Positions 23,701 to 37,282 are shown, counted from the first letter of the stretch. The stretch is 64,000 bases of DNA from Macrostomum hystrix (GCA_950097015.1 CATNEN010000001.1:11656001-11720000); one strand, 5' to 3'. Numbers and translations are program-made. The notes: generated from the letters alone by a model not told the origin.

Positions 23701-26261
23701 GAAGCTTTGCTAATCTGAACCTTCAGTATAAAGTCCCTGAAGCTTTGTCAACCTGAACCTTCAGTATAAAGTCCCTGAAGCTTTGTCAATCTGAACCTTC
23801 AGTATAAAGTCCCTGAAGCTTTGCTAATCTGAACCTTTCGTATAAAGTCCCTGAAGCTTTGCCAATCTGAACCTTCAGTATAAAGTCCCTGAAGCTTTGT
23901 CAATCTGAACCTATCCTACCCGCACATTCGCAGCCCCCGCAGCCACCCGTGTACTCGGTCGGCTATTCCACGCCAGCGCCAAGTCGCTGCAGCCTTCACG
24001 GGCTGCTGCTGCGCATTCTTTACGACTGTCCGATGCGTCTGTACATCTACTGCTCTGCATCTAATCAGGTTCGATTATATAGAGGCTTGGTTGTTTCTTT
24101 TTTAATTGTGTAAAGTAGCAAATCTATGAATCTATCAAACATTTGATAGATAGATAGACTTCTCACCTCTCTTCCTCTATTTCCTCGTTCCCCTCTCTTT
24201 CTCCATTCCCTCCTTCCTCTCTACTCTCCTTCCTCTCTCCCCTTCTTCCTCTCTCCCCTCCTTCCTGGCTTCCCTCCTTTCTCACCTTCCTCTCTCACCT
24301 CCTTCACCCCTACCCTTCCTCTCCCCTTCTTCTCCCCTCCTTTATCTCTCCCCTCCTTCATCTCTCCCCTCCTTCATCTCTCCTTTCCTTCACCTCTCCC
24401 CTTCCTCTACCCTTCCTCTCTCCCCTCCTTCCTCTCTTCCCTCCTTCCTCTCTCCCCTCCTTCCTCTCTTCCCTCCTTCCTCTCTCCCCTCCTTCATCTC
24501 TTCCCTCCTTTATGTCTCCCTTCTTTCACCTCTACTTTCCTTCACCTCTCCCTTCCTTTACCTCTCCCCTCCCTCTGCCCTTCCTCTGCCCTTCCTCTCC
24601 CCTTCCTCTCTCCCCTCCTTCATCTCTCCTTTCCTTCACCTCTCCCCTTCCTCTCTCCCCTCCTTCCTCTCTCCCCTCCTTCCTCTCTCCCCTCCTTCCT
24701 CTCTCCCCTCCTTCCTCTCTCCCCTCCTTCCTCTCTCCCCTCCTTCCTCTCTCCCCTCCTTCCTCTCTCCCCTCCTTCCTCTCTCCCCTCCTTCCTCTCT
24801 CCCCTCCTTCCTCTCTCCCCTCCTTCCTCTCTCCCCTCCTTCCTCTCTCCCCTCCTTCCTCTCTCCCCTCCTTCCTCTCTTCCCTCCTTCCTCTCTCCCC
24901 TCCTTCATCTCTCCCTTCCTTCGCCTCTCCCCTTCCTCTTCCCTCCTTCCTCTCTCCCCTCCTTCCTCTCTTCCCTCCTTCCTCTCTCCCCTCCTTCATC
25001 TCTCCCTTCCTTCGCCTCTCCCCTTCCTCTCCCCTCCTTCCTCTCTCCCCTCCTTCATCTGTCCCTTCCTTCGCCTCTCCCCTTCCTCCCCTCCTTCCTC
25101 TCTATAATTCTTTGTATTATACACAGGTATAATACATTTATATAATAATACTGCTATTCATTATAAACTGTGAACTTCACTTCAACATTTTTGGGCACTC
25201 ACCAACTGCACTCACAATTTCTCTAGGTTGTTTGCACTCGGGCCACAGACAATTTCTATTTATCCTGCGACGCTAAAGAGGGCTGCATTGTTGACATCGC
25301 CGACTGCCTAGTGATCAAGGGTGCTCTCTATTGCGACAGATTCTCGTCTCTGAGCGTAATGCAGTTCGCTGATGCCGATCTGGCCGCTTTTGAGTGAGTT
25401 CAACGGCTCATGGACGGTTTTTTGGAGCTTAGAATTTAGTTGGTGATGGCGCCCCAAATGAATGTGGCCTCGCGGCGGAATCGAGCTCAAGGACCTTGGT
25501 GCGATAGGCAAACGCGTCAGACCGCTCTGCCACTCACCCCCTTTGTAATTTAGAAAGTCCCTGTGGGATTCAAAAAATATTATTAACATTTTTAGTGAGA
25601 TTTCTTAAGTCTTAAGGACATTTTGTAAGTACTGGAGACATTTCCAAAATAAAGTGAGAGTAGCTAAGTGAGATTTCTCATCATTGATCTCACCCAACGC
25701 CGCAGATACGTCCAGCCAAGCAGTGAGCAAGCCTGCAAGGTTGGTCAGCTACTGGAACTGCCGCCAACCAGTGTGACCATTGTGCACAAGGACGACGCCT
25801 ACGCTTGGCCAGTTTGTCCCATTTGTTTCGCCTGCCGCGTGGAGCTGGCTAATCCACCGGCAGCGGCTGCTGCTGCTGCTGATAACAAACGAGTCTGCGG
25901 CCGTTGCGGCAGCGCATGTCAGCAGCCGCTGATCACCAGACGCCTAGAAGTGACTGTACAATGCCAGGAGGCAGACAATCCCCTAGCCAGTCTGGAGTTC
26001 CGTCTGCTGCTGCATCCAGATACAGCAGCCGGCATACTGGAAGACTTGCAAACCAATTGCTCCGAAGATCTGATTGGCTACTGTCTAGACAGTCGCTTGG
26101 CATTCGTCAGTCGATGCCTAGGAGAGAAGCGATACCAGATGATCGAGGCCAGCTTCGACTATGCGGCCGCTGCCGCTGCGGCTGCTTCAGCTGCTATGGC
26201 TGCGGCTGCTGCTGCTGCTGCTGCGCCAACTGTATTGGCTGGTGGCACAGCTGTTAGTTGA
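20743..26261 (+). CDS. SPIDR: SPIDR (scaffold protein involved in DNA repair) homologue, 5 coding exons
   Basis: Exons 20743-22812, 23115/23118-23570, 23934-24068, 25227-25393, 25706-26261; all GT-AG and frame-consistent. LADRS..LARLRINSAHLWRH resembles the SPIDR DUF4502 region. C-terminal AYAWPVCxxC...CGRC...PLITRRLEVTVQC...EDLIG resembles the DUF4503 OB-fold/Zn region. Recognised from memory, not by search. Confidence 0.8.
21295..21600 (+). repeat. Coding 30-bp tandem repeat (RQNSHEDQLQ) x ~10 in SPIDR exon 1
   Basis: aacagtcatgaagatcagctacaaaggcag units, in frame. Confidence 0.95.
23630..23912. repeat. 38-bp intronic minisatellite (SPIDR intron 2)
   Basis: taaagtccctgaagctttgctaatctgaaccttcagta, ~7 units. 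Confidence 0.92.
24160..25102. repeat. Polypyrimidine (CT-rich) intronic repeat (SPIDR intron 3)
   Basis: ~940 bp of cttcctctctcccctc-type units, nearly devoid of purines. Confidence 0.95.
25450..25541 (-). mobile_element. SINE family B, 5' head fragment in SPIDR intron 4
   Basis: Reverse complement of gtggcagagcggtctgacgcgtttgcct...cgattccgccgcgaggccacattcatttgggg. Confidence 0.7.
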
Positions 26262-26736
26262 CTGTAGAATGACAAATGCTATTTTCCTCCCGATGAAACA
26301 CCACGGGACAAATGTTCCGCATATGTTTTTGGTTGCATTTCAGTTTATCTGTTCTTACACAAAAAATGCACAAATATTTACAAAGATAAAGCTTTTTTTC
26401 AGCAACAAGTTCATGTAAATGCACAAGTAAATACAAATAAAGTATGCTGGCGTGTAATTGTGTTTCATTTTTATTTGGGTGTTACAAGTATCAAACTGGA
26501 ATTCACGCTTTTATTTTCTTTTCCTTTTGTCGAAGATATACTAAGGATCTAAAAGTTGTCATAATATGCGTTGCTAAGCTAATAACGACCAAAAATGTTC
26601 GAGAATTCCTACGATCAGTAGACTACAACAACCTCGTGAGAATTTCTTGTTGGACTCAGAAATTAGAATGCAAAAATGTTGGCATTGCTACTGCCAGTAG
26701 GCTACTGAGGACCCAATTCTAATTGTTGCAGCCAGC

Positions 26737-29700
26737 ATGAGTCGAGAATGCGTGGAGCAGGAGTTCGAGATGCTGGACAGTTTCTACTCAGCTGAGCAGC
26801 TCCAGAAGGAGATGTCGGATGGCTGCCCAGTTGGAGGCACATTCAGGGCGCAGGTTCGAATCCCGGAGTCGGGGCTTCGGCTGCAGGTCGGAGAGAATCG
26901 GCACGAGCTGCGGTTCTTGCCTCGCCTGGTGCTGCAGTTTCAGCTGGGCGACGGCTACCCGGAGAGCGCGACGCCTCGCTTTCGCCTGTCCTGCAGCTGG
27001 CTCAGCGTCTCTCAGCTGGTTGCCATTGGCAACCGACTGCGCGAGCTGGCTGCGGAGAGAGCAGGCGAGCCGGTGCTTTGGTTCTGGTTCGAGTTTCTCG
27101 AGCGGGAGCTTTGGCACTTTCTGGAACTGGGCCCTGAACTCAGCTTCCACGGCTGGGCTGGCGAGCCTGGCGAATCAGTTCGCGAAGAGTCGGGCTTCTC
27201 GATTGAGCAGCTGATTCGCACAGCCAATCAGGTTGAGCAGGAGATAGTGGCCGTTGACACATTCGAAAGGCTGCTTGAATTTCGTCGCGCCTTTCACGAG
27301 TGTCCGGTGTGCGCCGCCTCCAAGCCCGGCAGCTCCTGCGTCAAGTTCCGGCCCTGCGGTCACGTGTTCTGCGACTCCTGCGTCGCATCGACATTCCGGG
27401 CCCTACTGGAAGCTGACAGACCTGACAGGTTCGGCTGCCTGCAGTGCTCTGGCGATGGACAGACGCATGTTGGTGGGTGCTGCAACGCCATGCCTGCTTG
27501 AATTACATGTTCCTGTTCCTGTTACCCTTTTCAGTTATTCCACTCAATTCACCTTTCCCTAATAATCTCACCTGTAACAGTTATCCCACACCTGACACAG
27601 TTATCCCACACCTGACAGTTATCCTACACCTGACGCAATTATCCCACACCTGTCACAGTTATCCTACATATGACACAGTTATCCCACACGTAACACAGTT
27701 ATCCCACTTCTGACACAGTTATCCCACATCTGACACAGTTATCCCACATCTGACAGTTATCCCACACGTGACACAGTTATCCCACTTCTGACACAGTTAT
27801 CACACATCTGACACAGTTATCCCACTTCTGACACAGTTATCATACGCCTGACACAGTTATCCCACACCTGACACAGTTATCCTCACATCTGACACAGTTG
27901 TCCCACATCTGACACAGTTATCCCACACCTGACACGGTTATCCCACATCTGACACAGTTATCCCACTTCTGACACAGTTATCCCACTTCTGACACAGTTA
28001 TCCCACTTCTGACACAGTTATCCCACTTCTGACACAGTTATCACACACCTGACACCTGACCCGCACAATTCACCTGTGCCTTATCCATGCATTCGCAGAC
28101 CAGGCCACAGTCCGCCGCCTTCTTTCTCCGGCTGAATTCTCCAGCTACGAGCGTCGCCTTCTTGAGCTGTCGCTCAAGCGCATGCCAGACGTTCAGCTCT
28201 GTCCGCGCTGCGATGTCAGCGTTGTCACTGAAGATCGTCGCAGAAGCCGTCTCGGTCGCTGCGCTCACTGCTATTATTCATTTTGTCTCGCCTGTCGACA
28301 ACAATATCACGGTGAGCAGTGCCGAGGTCCGACTGCCTTACTCAAAGCCGCAGCCGCCGCAGCCAATGCCTCCGAGCAAGCTCCTGCAGCTAGCGGCGGT
28401 CTGAAGGAGGCGCTGAACAATCTGACTGCCACCTATGAGATTAACGATGCAAATCTTGAGACTGTGGATTTCGACCAGGCCAAGGCGTGTCCCGGATGCT
28501 GGACCTACATAGAGGTGCGTAAAAAAATATTAGAAATTAGGATTTAATTTTAGAATCTAAGCGTTTTGATATAATAATCTTTGGGATCCGATATTAGAAT
28601 CTTGGGATTCGATATTAGAATCTGGGGATTCGATATTAGAATCTGGGGATTCGATATTAGAATCTTAGGATTAGATATTAGAATCTGGGGATTCGATATT
28701 AGAAACTTGGGATTCGATATTAGAATCTTGGGATTAGATATTAGAACCTTGGGATTCGATATTAGAATCTTGGGATTCGATATTAGAATCTTGGGATTCG
28801 ATATTAGAATCTTGGGATTCGATATTAGAATCTTGGGATTCGATATTAGAATCTTGGGATTCGATATTAGAATCTTGGGATTCGATATTAGAATCTTGGG
28901 ATTCGATATTAGAATCTTGGGATTCGATATTAGAATCTTTGGGATTCGATATTAGAATCTTGGGATTCGATATTAGAATCTTGGGATTCGATATTAGAAT
29001 CTTAGGATTAGATATTATAATCTTTGGGATTCGATATTAGAATCTTAGGATTAGATATTATAACCTTTGGGATTCGATATTAGAATCTTGATATTCGATA
29101 TTAGAATCTGGGGATTCGATATTAGAATCTGGGGATTTGATATTAGAATCTTGGGATTCGATATTAGAATCTTGGGATTCGATATTATAATCTTTGGGAT
29201 TCGATATTAGAATCTTGGGATTCGATATTTGAATCTTGGGATTCGATATTATAATCTTGGGATTCGATATTAGAATCTTGGGATTCGATATTAGAATCTT
29301 GGGATTCGATATTATAATCTTTGGGATTCGATATTAGAATCTTAGGATTCGATATTATAATCTTTGGGATTCGATATTAGAATCTTGGGATTCGATATTA
29401 GAATCTTGGGATTCGATATTAGAATCTTGGGATTCGATATTAGAATCTTAGGATTAGATATTATAATCTTTGGGATTCGATATTAGAATCTTAGGATTAG
29501 ATATTATAACCTTTGGGATTCGATATTAGAATCTTGGGATTCGATATTAGAATCTTGGGATTCGATATTAGAATCTTGGGATTCGATATTATAATCTTGG
29601 GATTTGATATTAGAATCTTGGGATTTGATATTAGAATCTTGGGATTCGATATTATAATCTTTGGGATTCGATATTATAATCTGGGGATTCGATATTAGAA

Positions 29701-32700
29701 TCTTCGGATTCGATATTAGAATCTTGGGATTCGATATTAGAATCTTGGGATTCGATATTAGAATCTTTGGGATTCGATATTAGAATCTTGGGATTCGATA
29801 TTAGAATCTTGGGATTCGATATTAGAATCTTAGGATTAGATATTATAGTCTTTGGGATTCGATATTAGAATCTTAGGATTAGATATTATAACCTTTGGGA
29901 TTCGATATTAGAATCTTGGGATTCGATATTAGAATCTTGGGATTCGATATTAGAATCTTCGGATTTGATATTAGAATCTTGGGATTCGATATTAGAATCT
30001 TGGGATTCGATATTATAATCTTTGGGATTCGATATTAGAATCTTGGGATTCGATATTTGAATCTTGGGATTCGATATTAGAATCTTCGGATTTGATATTA
30101 TAATCTTGGGATTCGATATTAGAATCTTGGGATTCGATATTATAATCTTTGGGATTCGATATTAGAATCTTGGGATTCGATATTTGAATCTTGGGATTCG
30201 ATATTATAATCTTGGGATTCGATATTAGAATCTTGGGATTCGATATTAGAATCTTGGGATTCGATATTAGAATCTTGGGATTCGATATTAGAATCTTGGG
30301 ATTCGATATTAGAATCTAGGGATTCGATATTATAATCTTTGGGATTCGATATTAGAATCTTGGGATTCAATATTAGAATCTAGGGATTAGATATTAGAAT
30401 CTGGGGATTCGATATTAGAATCTGGGGATTCGATATTAGAATCTGGGGATTCGATATTAGAATCTTGGGATTCGATATTATAATCTTGGGATTCGATATT
30501 AGAATCTAGGGATTCGATATTATAATCTTTGGGATTCGATATTAGAATCTTGGGATTCAATATTAGAATCTAGGGATTAGATATTAGAATCTGGGGATTC
30601 GATATTAGAATCTGGGGATTCGATATTAGAATCTGGGGATTCGATATTAGAATCTTGGGATTCGATATTAGAATCTTGGGATTCGATATTAGAATCTTGG
30701 GATTCGATACTAGAATCTTTGGGATTCGATATTAGAATCTTGGGATTCGATATTAGAATCTTGGGATTCGATATTAGAATCTTTGGGATTCGATATTAGA
30801 ATCTGGGGATTCGATATTAGAATCTGGGGATTCGATATTAGAATCTGGGGATTCGATATTAGAATCTTTGGGATTCGATATTAGAATCTGGGGATTCGAT
30901 ATTAGAATCTGGGGATTCGATATTAGAATCTTTGGGATTCGATATTAGAATCTTTGGGATTCGATATTAGAATCTGGGGATTCGATATTAGAATCTGGGG
31001 ATTCGATATTAGAATCTTGGGATTCGATATTAGAATCTGGGGATTCGATATTAGAATCTTTGGGATTCGATATTAGAATCTTTGGGATTCGATATTAGAA
31101 TCTGGGGATTCGATATTAGAATCTTTGGGATTCGATATTAGAATCTTGGGATTCGATATTAGAATCTTTGGGATTCGATATTAGAATCTGGGGATTCGAT
31201 ATTAGAATCTTGGGATTCGATATTAGAATCTTGGGATTCGATATTAGAATCTTGGGATTCGATATTATAATCTTTGGGATTCGATATTATAATCTGGGGA
31301 TTCGATATTAGAATCTTGGGATTCGATATTAGAATCTTGGGATTCGATATTAGAATCTTGGGATTCGATATTAGAATCTTTGGGATTCGATATTAGAATC
31401 TTGGGATTCGATATTAGAATCTTGGGATTCGATATTAGAATCTTAGGATTAGATATTATAGTCTTTGGGATTCGATATTAGAATCTTAGGATTAGATATT
31501 ATAACCTTTGGGATTCGATATTAGAATCTTGGGATTCGATATTAGAATCTTGGGATTCGATATTAGAATCTTCGGATTTGATATTAGAATCTTGGGATTC
31601 GATATTAGAATCTTGGGATTCGATATTATAATCTTTGGGATTCGATATTAGAATCTTGGGATTCGATATTTGAATCTTGGGATTCGATATTAGAATCTTC
31701 GGATTTGATATTATAATCTTGGGATTCGATATTAGAATCTTGGGATTCGATATTATAATCTTTGGGATTCGATATTAGAATCTTGGGATTCGATATTTGA
31801 ATCTTGGGATTCGATATTATAATCTTGGGATTCGATATTAGAATCTTGGGATTCGATATTAGAATCTTGGGATTCGATATTAGAATCTTGGGATTCGATA
31901 TTAGAATCTTGGGATTCGATATTAGAATCTAGGGATTCGATATTATAATCTTTGGGATTCGATATTAGAATCTTGGGATTCAATATTAGAATCTAGGGAT
32001 TAGATATTAGAATCTGGGGATTCGATATTAGAATCTGGGGATTCGATATTAGAATCTGGGGATTCGATATTAGAATCTTGGGATTCGATATTATAATCTT
32101 GGGATTCGATATTAGAATCTAGGGATTCGATATTATAATCTTTGGGATTCGATATTAGAATCTTGGGATTCAATATTAGAATCTAGGGATTAGATATTAG
32201 AATCTGGGGATTCGATATTAGAATCTGGGGATTCGATATTAGAATCTGGGGATTCGATATTAGAATCTTGGGATTCGATATTAGAATCTTGGGATTCGAT
32301 ATTAGAATCTTGGGATTCGATACTAGAATCTTTGGGATTCGATATTAGAATCTTGGGATTCGATATTAGAATCTTGGGATTCGATATTAGAATCTTTGGG
32401 ATTCGATATTAGAATCTGGGGATTCGATATTAGAATCTGGGGATTCGATATTAGAATCTGGGGATTCGATATTAGAATCTTTGGGATTCGATATTAGAAT
32501 CTGGGGATTCGATATTAGAATCTGGGGATTCGATATTAGAATCTTTGGGATTCGATATTAGAATCTTTGGGATTCGATATTAGAATCTGGGGATTCGATA
32601 TTAGAATCTGGGGATTCGATATTAGAATCTTGGGATTCGATATTAGAATCTGGGGATTCGATATTAGAATCTTTGGGATTCGATATTAGAATCTTTGGGA

Positions 32701-35700
32701 TTCGATATTAGAATCTGGGGATTCGATATTAGAATCTTTGGGATTCGATATTAGAATCTTGGGATTCGATATTAGAATCTTTGGGATTCGATATTAGAAT
32801 CTGGGGATTCGATATTAGAATCTTGGGATTCGATATTAGAATCTTGGGATTCGATATTAGAATCTTGGGATTCGATACTAGAATCTTGGGATTCGATATT
32901 AGAATCTTGGGATTCGATATTAGAACCTTTGGGATTCGATATTAGAATCTGGGGATTCGATATTAGAATCTTGGGATTCGATATTAGAATCTTGGGATTC
33001 GATATTAGAATCTTGGGATTCGATATTAGAATCTTGGGATTCGATACTAGAATCTTTGGGATTCGATATTAGAATCTTGGGATTCGATATTAGAATCTGG
33101 GGATTCGATATTAGAATCTGGGGATTCGATATTAGAATCTTAGGATTAGATATTAGAATCTGGGGATTCGATATTAGAATCTTGGGATTCGATATTAGAA
33201 TCTTGGGATTAGATATTAGAACCTTGGGATTCGATATTAGAATCTTGGGATTCGATATTAGAATCTTGGGATTCGATATTAGAGTCTTGGGATTCGATAT
33301 TAGAATCTTGGGATTCGATATTAGAATCTTGGGATTCGATATTAGAATCTTGGGATTCGATATTAGAATCTTCGGATTCGATATTAGAATCTTAGGATTA
33401 GATATTATAATCTTTGGGATTCGATATTAGAATCTTAGGATTAGATATTATAACCTTTGGGATTCGATATTAGAATCTTGGGATTCGATATTAGAATCTG
33501 GGGATTCGATATTAGAATCTTGGGATTTGATATTAGAATCTTGGGATTCGATATTAGAATCTTGGGATTCGATATTATAATCTTTGGGATTCGATATTAG
33601 AATCTTGGGATTCGATATTTGAATCTTGGGATTCGATTATTAGAATCTTGGGATTCGATATTATAATCTTTGGGATTCGATATTAGAATCTTAGGATTCG
33701 ATATTATAATCTTTGGGATTCGATATTAGAATCTTGGGATTCGATATTTGAATCTTGGGATTCGATATTAGAATCTTGGGATTCGATATTATAATCTTTG
33801 GGATTCGATATTTGAATCTTGGGATTCGATATTAGAATCTTGGGATTCGATATTAGAATCTTAGGATTAGATATTATAATCTTTGGGATTCGATATTAGA
33901 ATCTTAGGATTAGATATTATAACCTTTGGGATTCGATATTAGAATCTTGGGATTCGATATTAGAATCTTGGGATTCGATATTAGAATCTTGGGATTCGAT
34001 ATTAGAATCTTGGGATTCGATATTAGAATCTTGGGATTCGATATTAGAATCTTGGGATTCGATATTAGAATCTTCGGATTCGATATTAGAATCTTAGGAT
34101 TAGATATTATAATCTTTGGGATTCGATATTAGAATCTTAGGATTAGATATTATAACCTTTGGGATTCGATATTAGAATCTTGGGATTCGATATTAGAATC
34201 TGGGGATTCGATATTAGAATCTTGGGATTTGATATTAGAATCTTGGGATTCGATATTAGAATCTTGGGATTCGATATTATAATCTTTGGGATTCGATATT
34301 AGAATCTTGGGATTCGATATTTGAATCTTGGGATTCGATTATTAGAATCTTGGGATTCGATATTATAATCTTTGGGATTCGATATTAGAATCTTAGGATT
34401 CGATATTATAATCTTTGGGATTCGATATTAGAATCTTGGGATTCGATATTTGAATCTTGGGATTCGATATTAGAATCTTGGGATTCGATATTATAATCTT
34501 TGGGATTCGATATTTGAATCTTGGGATTCGATATTAGAATCTTGGGATTCGATATTAGAATCTTAGGATTAGATATTATAATCTTTGGGATTCGATATTA
34601 GAATCTTAGGATTAGATATTATAACCTTTGGGATTCGATATTAGAATCTTGGGATTCGATATTAGAATCTTGGGATTCGATATTAGAATCTTGGGATTCG
34701 ATATTAGAATCTTGGGATTCGATATTAGAATCTTAGGATTCGATATTAGAATCTTGGGATTCGATATTAGAATCTTGGGATTCGATATTAGAATCTTGGG
34801 ATTCGATATTAGAATCTTGGGATTCGATATTAGAATCTTGGGATTTGATATTAGAATCTTGGGATTCGATATTAGAATCTTGGGATTCGATATTAGAATC
34901 TTGGGATTTGATATTAGAATCTTGGGATTCGATACTAGAATCTTAGGATTCGATATTATAATCTTTGGGATTCGATATTAGAATCTTGGGATTCGATATT
35001 TGAATCTTGGGATTCGATATTAGAATCTTGGGATTCGATATTATAATCTTTGGGATTCGATATTATAATCTTTGGGATTCGATATTTGAATCTTGGGATT
35101 CGATATTAGAATCTTGGGATTCGATATTAGAATCTTAGGATTAGATATTATAATCTTTGGGATTCGATATTAGAATCTTAGGATTAGATATTATAACCTT
35201 TGGGATTCGATATTAGAATCTTGGGATTCGATATTATAATCTTTGGGATTCGATATTAGAATCTTGGGATTCGATATTAGAATCTTGGGATTCGATATTA
35301 GAATCTTGGGATTCGATATTAGAATCTTAGGATTAGATATTAGAAACTTGGGATTCGATATTAGAATCTTGGGATTCGATATTAGAATCTGGGGATTCGA
35401 TATTAGAATATTGGGATTCGATATTAGAATCTTGGGATTCGATATTATAATCTTTGGGATTCGATATTAGAATCTTGGGATTCGATATTAGAATCTTGGG
35501 ATTCGATATTAGAATCTTGGGATTCGATACTAGAATCGGAGTGTTTTGTTTTCCTGAAAAATAGATTAGTTAATTACTGTAAGTAGGCAATTAAAACGCT
35601 TTTGGCTACTGAATTTGTTGAACTAATTCCCTCTATCTTCGCAGAAAAACCAGGGCTGCAACCACATGCACTGTTGGGAGTGCAAGACTCATTTCTGCTG

Positions 35701-35845
35701 GCTTTGTATGTCAGTTTTGGACAGCCACGATCCTTACAGACATTTTTCTAAGAAAAACGACTGCACAGGAAGACTGTTCGATGGTGCATTCGTTGAAAAT
35801 AACGAACAAGTTGCAGACGTTTCTGATGGTGAAGACGACATTTAA
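26737..35845 (+). CDS. RNF14: RNF14/ARA54-like RWD-RBR E3 ubiquitin ligase, paralogue A (3 exons)
   Basis: Exons 26737-27472, 28099-28514, 35645-35845, frame-consistent. RWD (QEFEML...YPESATPRFRLSCSWL...GEPVLWFW.EFL), RING1 (CPVC...CGHVFCDSC...CLQC), IBR (CPRC...CAHC...FCLAC...H...C), RING2 (CPGC..[24 protein letters not shown]), DPYRHF...GRLF tail. Confidence 0.9.
27575..28058. repeat. 20-bp minisatellite in intron 1 of RNF14-A
   Basis: tgacacagttatcccacatc, ~24 units. Confidence 0.95.
28565..35537. repeat. 7-kb 21/22-bp minisatellite filling intron 2 of RNF14-A
   Basis: (ttgggattcgatattagaatc)n, over 300 units. Higher-order duplications at offsets 1613 (30140 vs 31753) and 702 (33926 vs 34628). 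Confidence 0.98.
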
Positions 35846-35924
35846 CATCGTAGCATGACTTCTACGATTATTCTTGCTGGCGAAGTTTACGACAATTTTT
35901 ATTCAGCTTACTTTTCAGCTGACT

Positions 35925-36930
35925 CATTTGATGTACAGTAGAGAGATGCGTGAGAGATTGTGGGGTCAGATGAATCATTTGATGTACATTGGAGTGAAAG
36001 GGTGAGAGATTGTGGGGTCAGATGAGTGATTTGATGTACATTGGAGTGAAACGGTGAGAGATTGTGGGGTCAGATGAATGATTTGATGTACATTGGAGTG
36101 AAAGGGTGAGAGATTGTGGGGTCAGATGAATGATTTGATGCACATTGGAGTGAAAGGGTGAGAGATTGTGGGGTCAGATGAATGATTTGATGTACATTGG
36201 AGTGAAAGGGTGAGAGATTGTGGGGTCAGATGAATGATTTGATGTACATTGGAGTGAAAGGGTGAGAGATTGTGGGGTCAGATGAGTGATTTGATGCACA
36301 TTGGAGTGAAAGGGTGAGAGATTGTGGGGTCAGATGAGTGATTTGATGTACATTGGAGTGAAAGGGTGAGAGATTGTGGGGTCAGATGAGTGATTTGATG
36401 CACATTGGAGTGAAAGGGTGAGAGATTGTGGGGTCAGATGAATGATTTGATGCACATTGGAGTGAAAGGGTGAGAGATTGTGGGGTCAGATGAATGATTT
36501 GATGCACATTGGAGTGAAAGGGTGAGAGATTGTGGGGTCAGATGAATGATTTGATGTACATTGGAGTGAAAGGGTGAGAGATTGTGGGGTCAGATGAATG
36601 ATTTGATGCACATTGGAGTGAAAAGGTGAGAGATTGTGGGGTCAGATGAATGATTTGATGCACATTGGAGTGAAAGGGTGAGAGATTGTGGGGTCAGATG
36701 AATGATTTGATGTACATTGGAGTGAAAGGGTGAGAGATTGTGGGGTCAGATGAATGATTTGATGTACATTGGAGTGAAAGGGTGAGAGATTGTGGGGTCA
36801 GATGAATGATTTGATGCACATTGGAGTGAAAGGGTGAGAGATTGTGGGGTCAGATGAATGATTTGATGCACATTGGAGTGAAAGGGTGAGAGATTGTGGG
36901 GTCAGATGAATGATTTGATGTACATTGGAG
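35925..36930. repeat. 52-bp minisatellite downstream of the RNF14-A stop
   Basis: gatgtacattggagtgaaagggtgagagattgtggggtcagatgaatgattt, ~19 units; AATAAA follows at 36998. Confidence 0.96.
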
Positions 36931-37282
36931 TTAGTGGTAAAGGTTTTCTAATGTCAGTCACTTATCATGTACATGATCGTGTTACTGCGAAGCCTTCAAT
37001 AAATTCGTACTGCCTTTCATCATAATGCATCATATTTTACCCTTGGTTTTTTATTTGGCAAAGTATTTTTGCAAAAAAAGGTTTTAAAGATGTGATTTTA
37101 AATTTTCTTTTTATTTTGCTAAATTTGATTAATATTTTCTTAACTTAATGTATTATATTCTGTTTCTAAACAAATATATGTTTAATAGTATCGGTTATTA
37201 ACACCAGATGATAATTTGATTTTAGCTTTTTAACTGCTAATAGACTGATTATTAACGGCGAAACTTCCAATCTGTAACAAGC

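Noticed and set aside
27575-28058. TTATCCCACA resembles bacterial DnaA boxes
   Set aside because: One base longer than TTATCCACA and inside a spliceosomal intron of an animal gene.
28581-35470. (GFDIRIL)n and (SNIESQD)n ORFs; likewise (FLASIPCA)n at 48229, (RCHYPTV)n at 39720, Pro/Ser ORFs at 24512 and 54062-55007
   Set aside because: They lie within introns or a MITE defined by flanking exons or TIRs, and most are broken by frameshifting unit variants.
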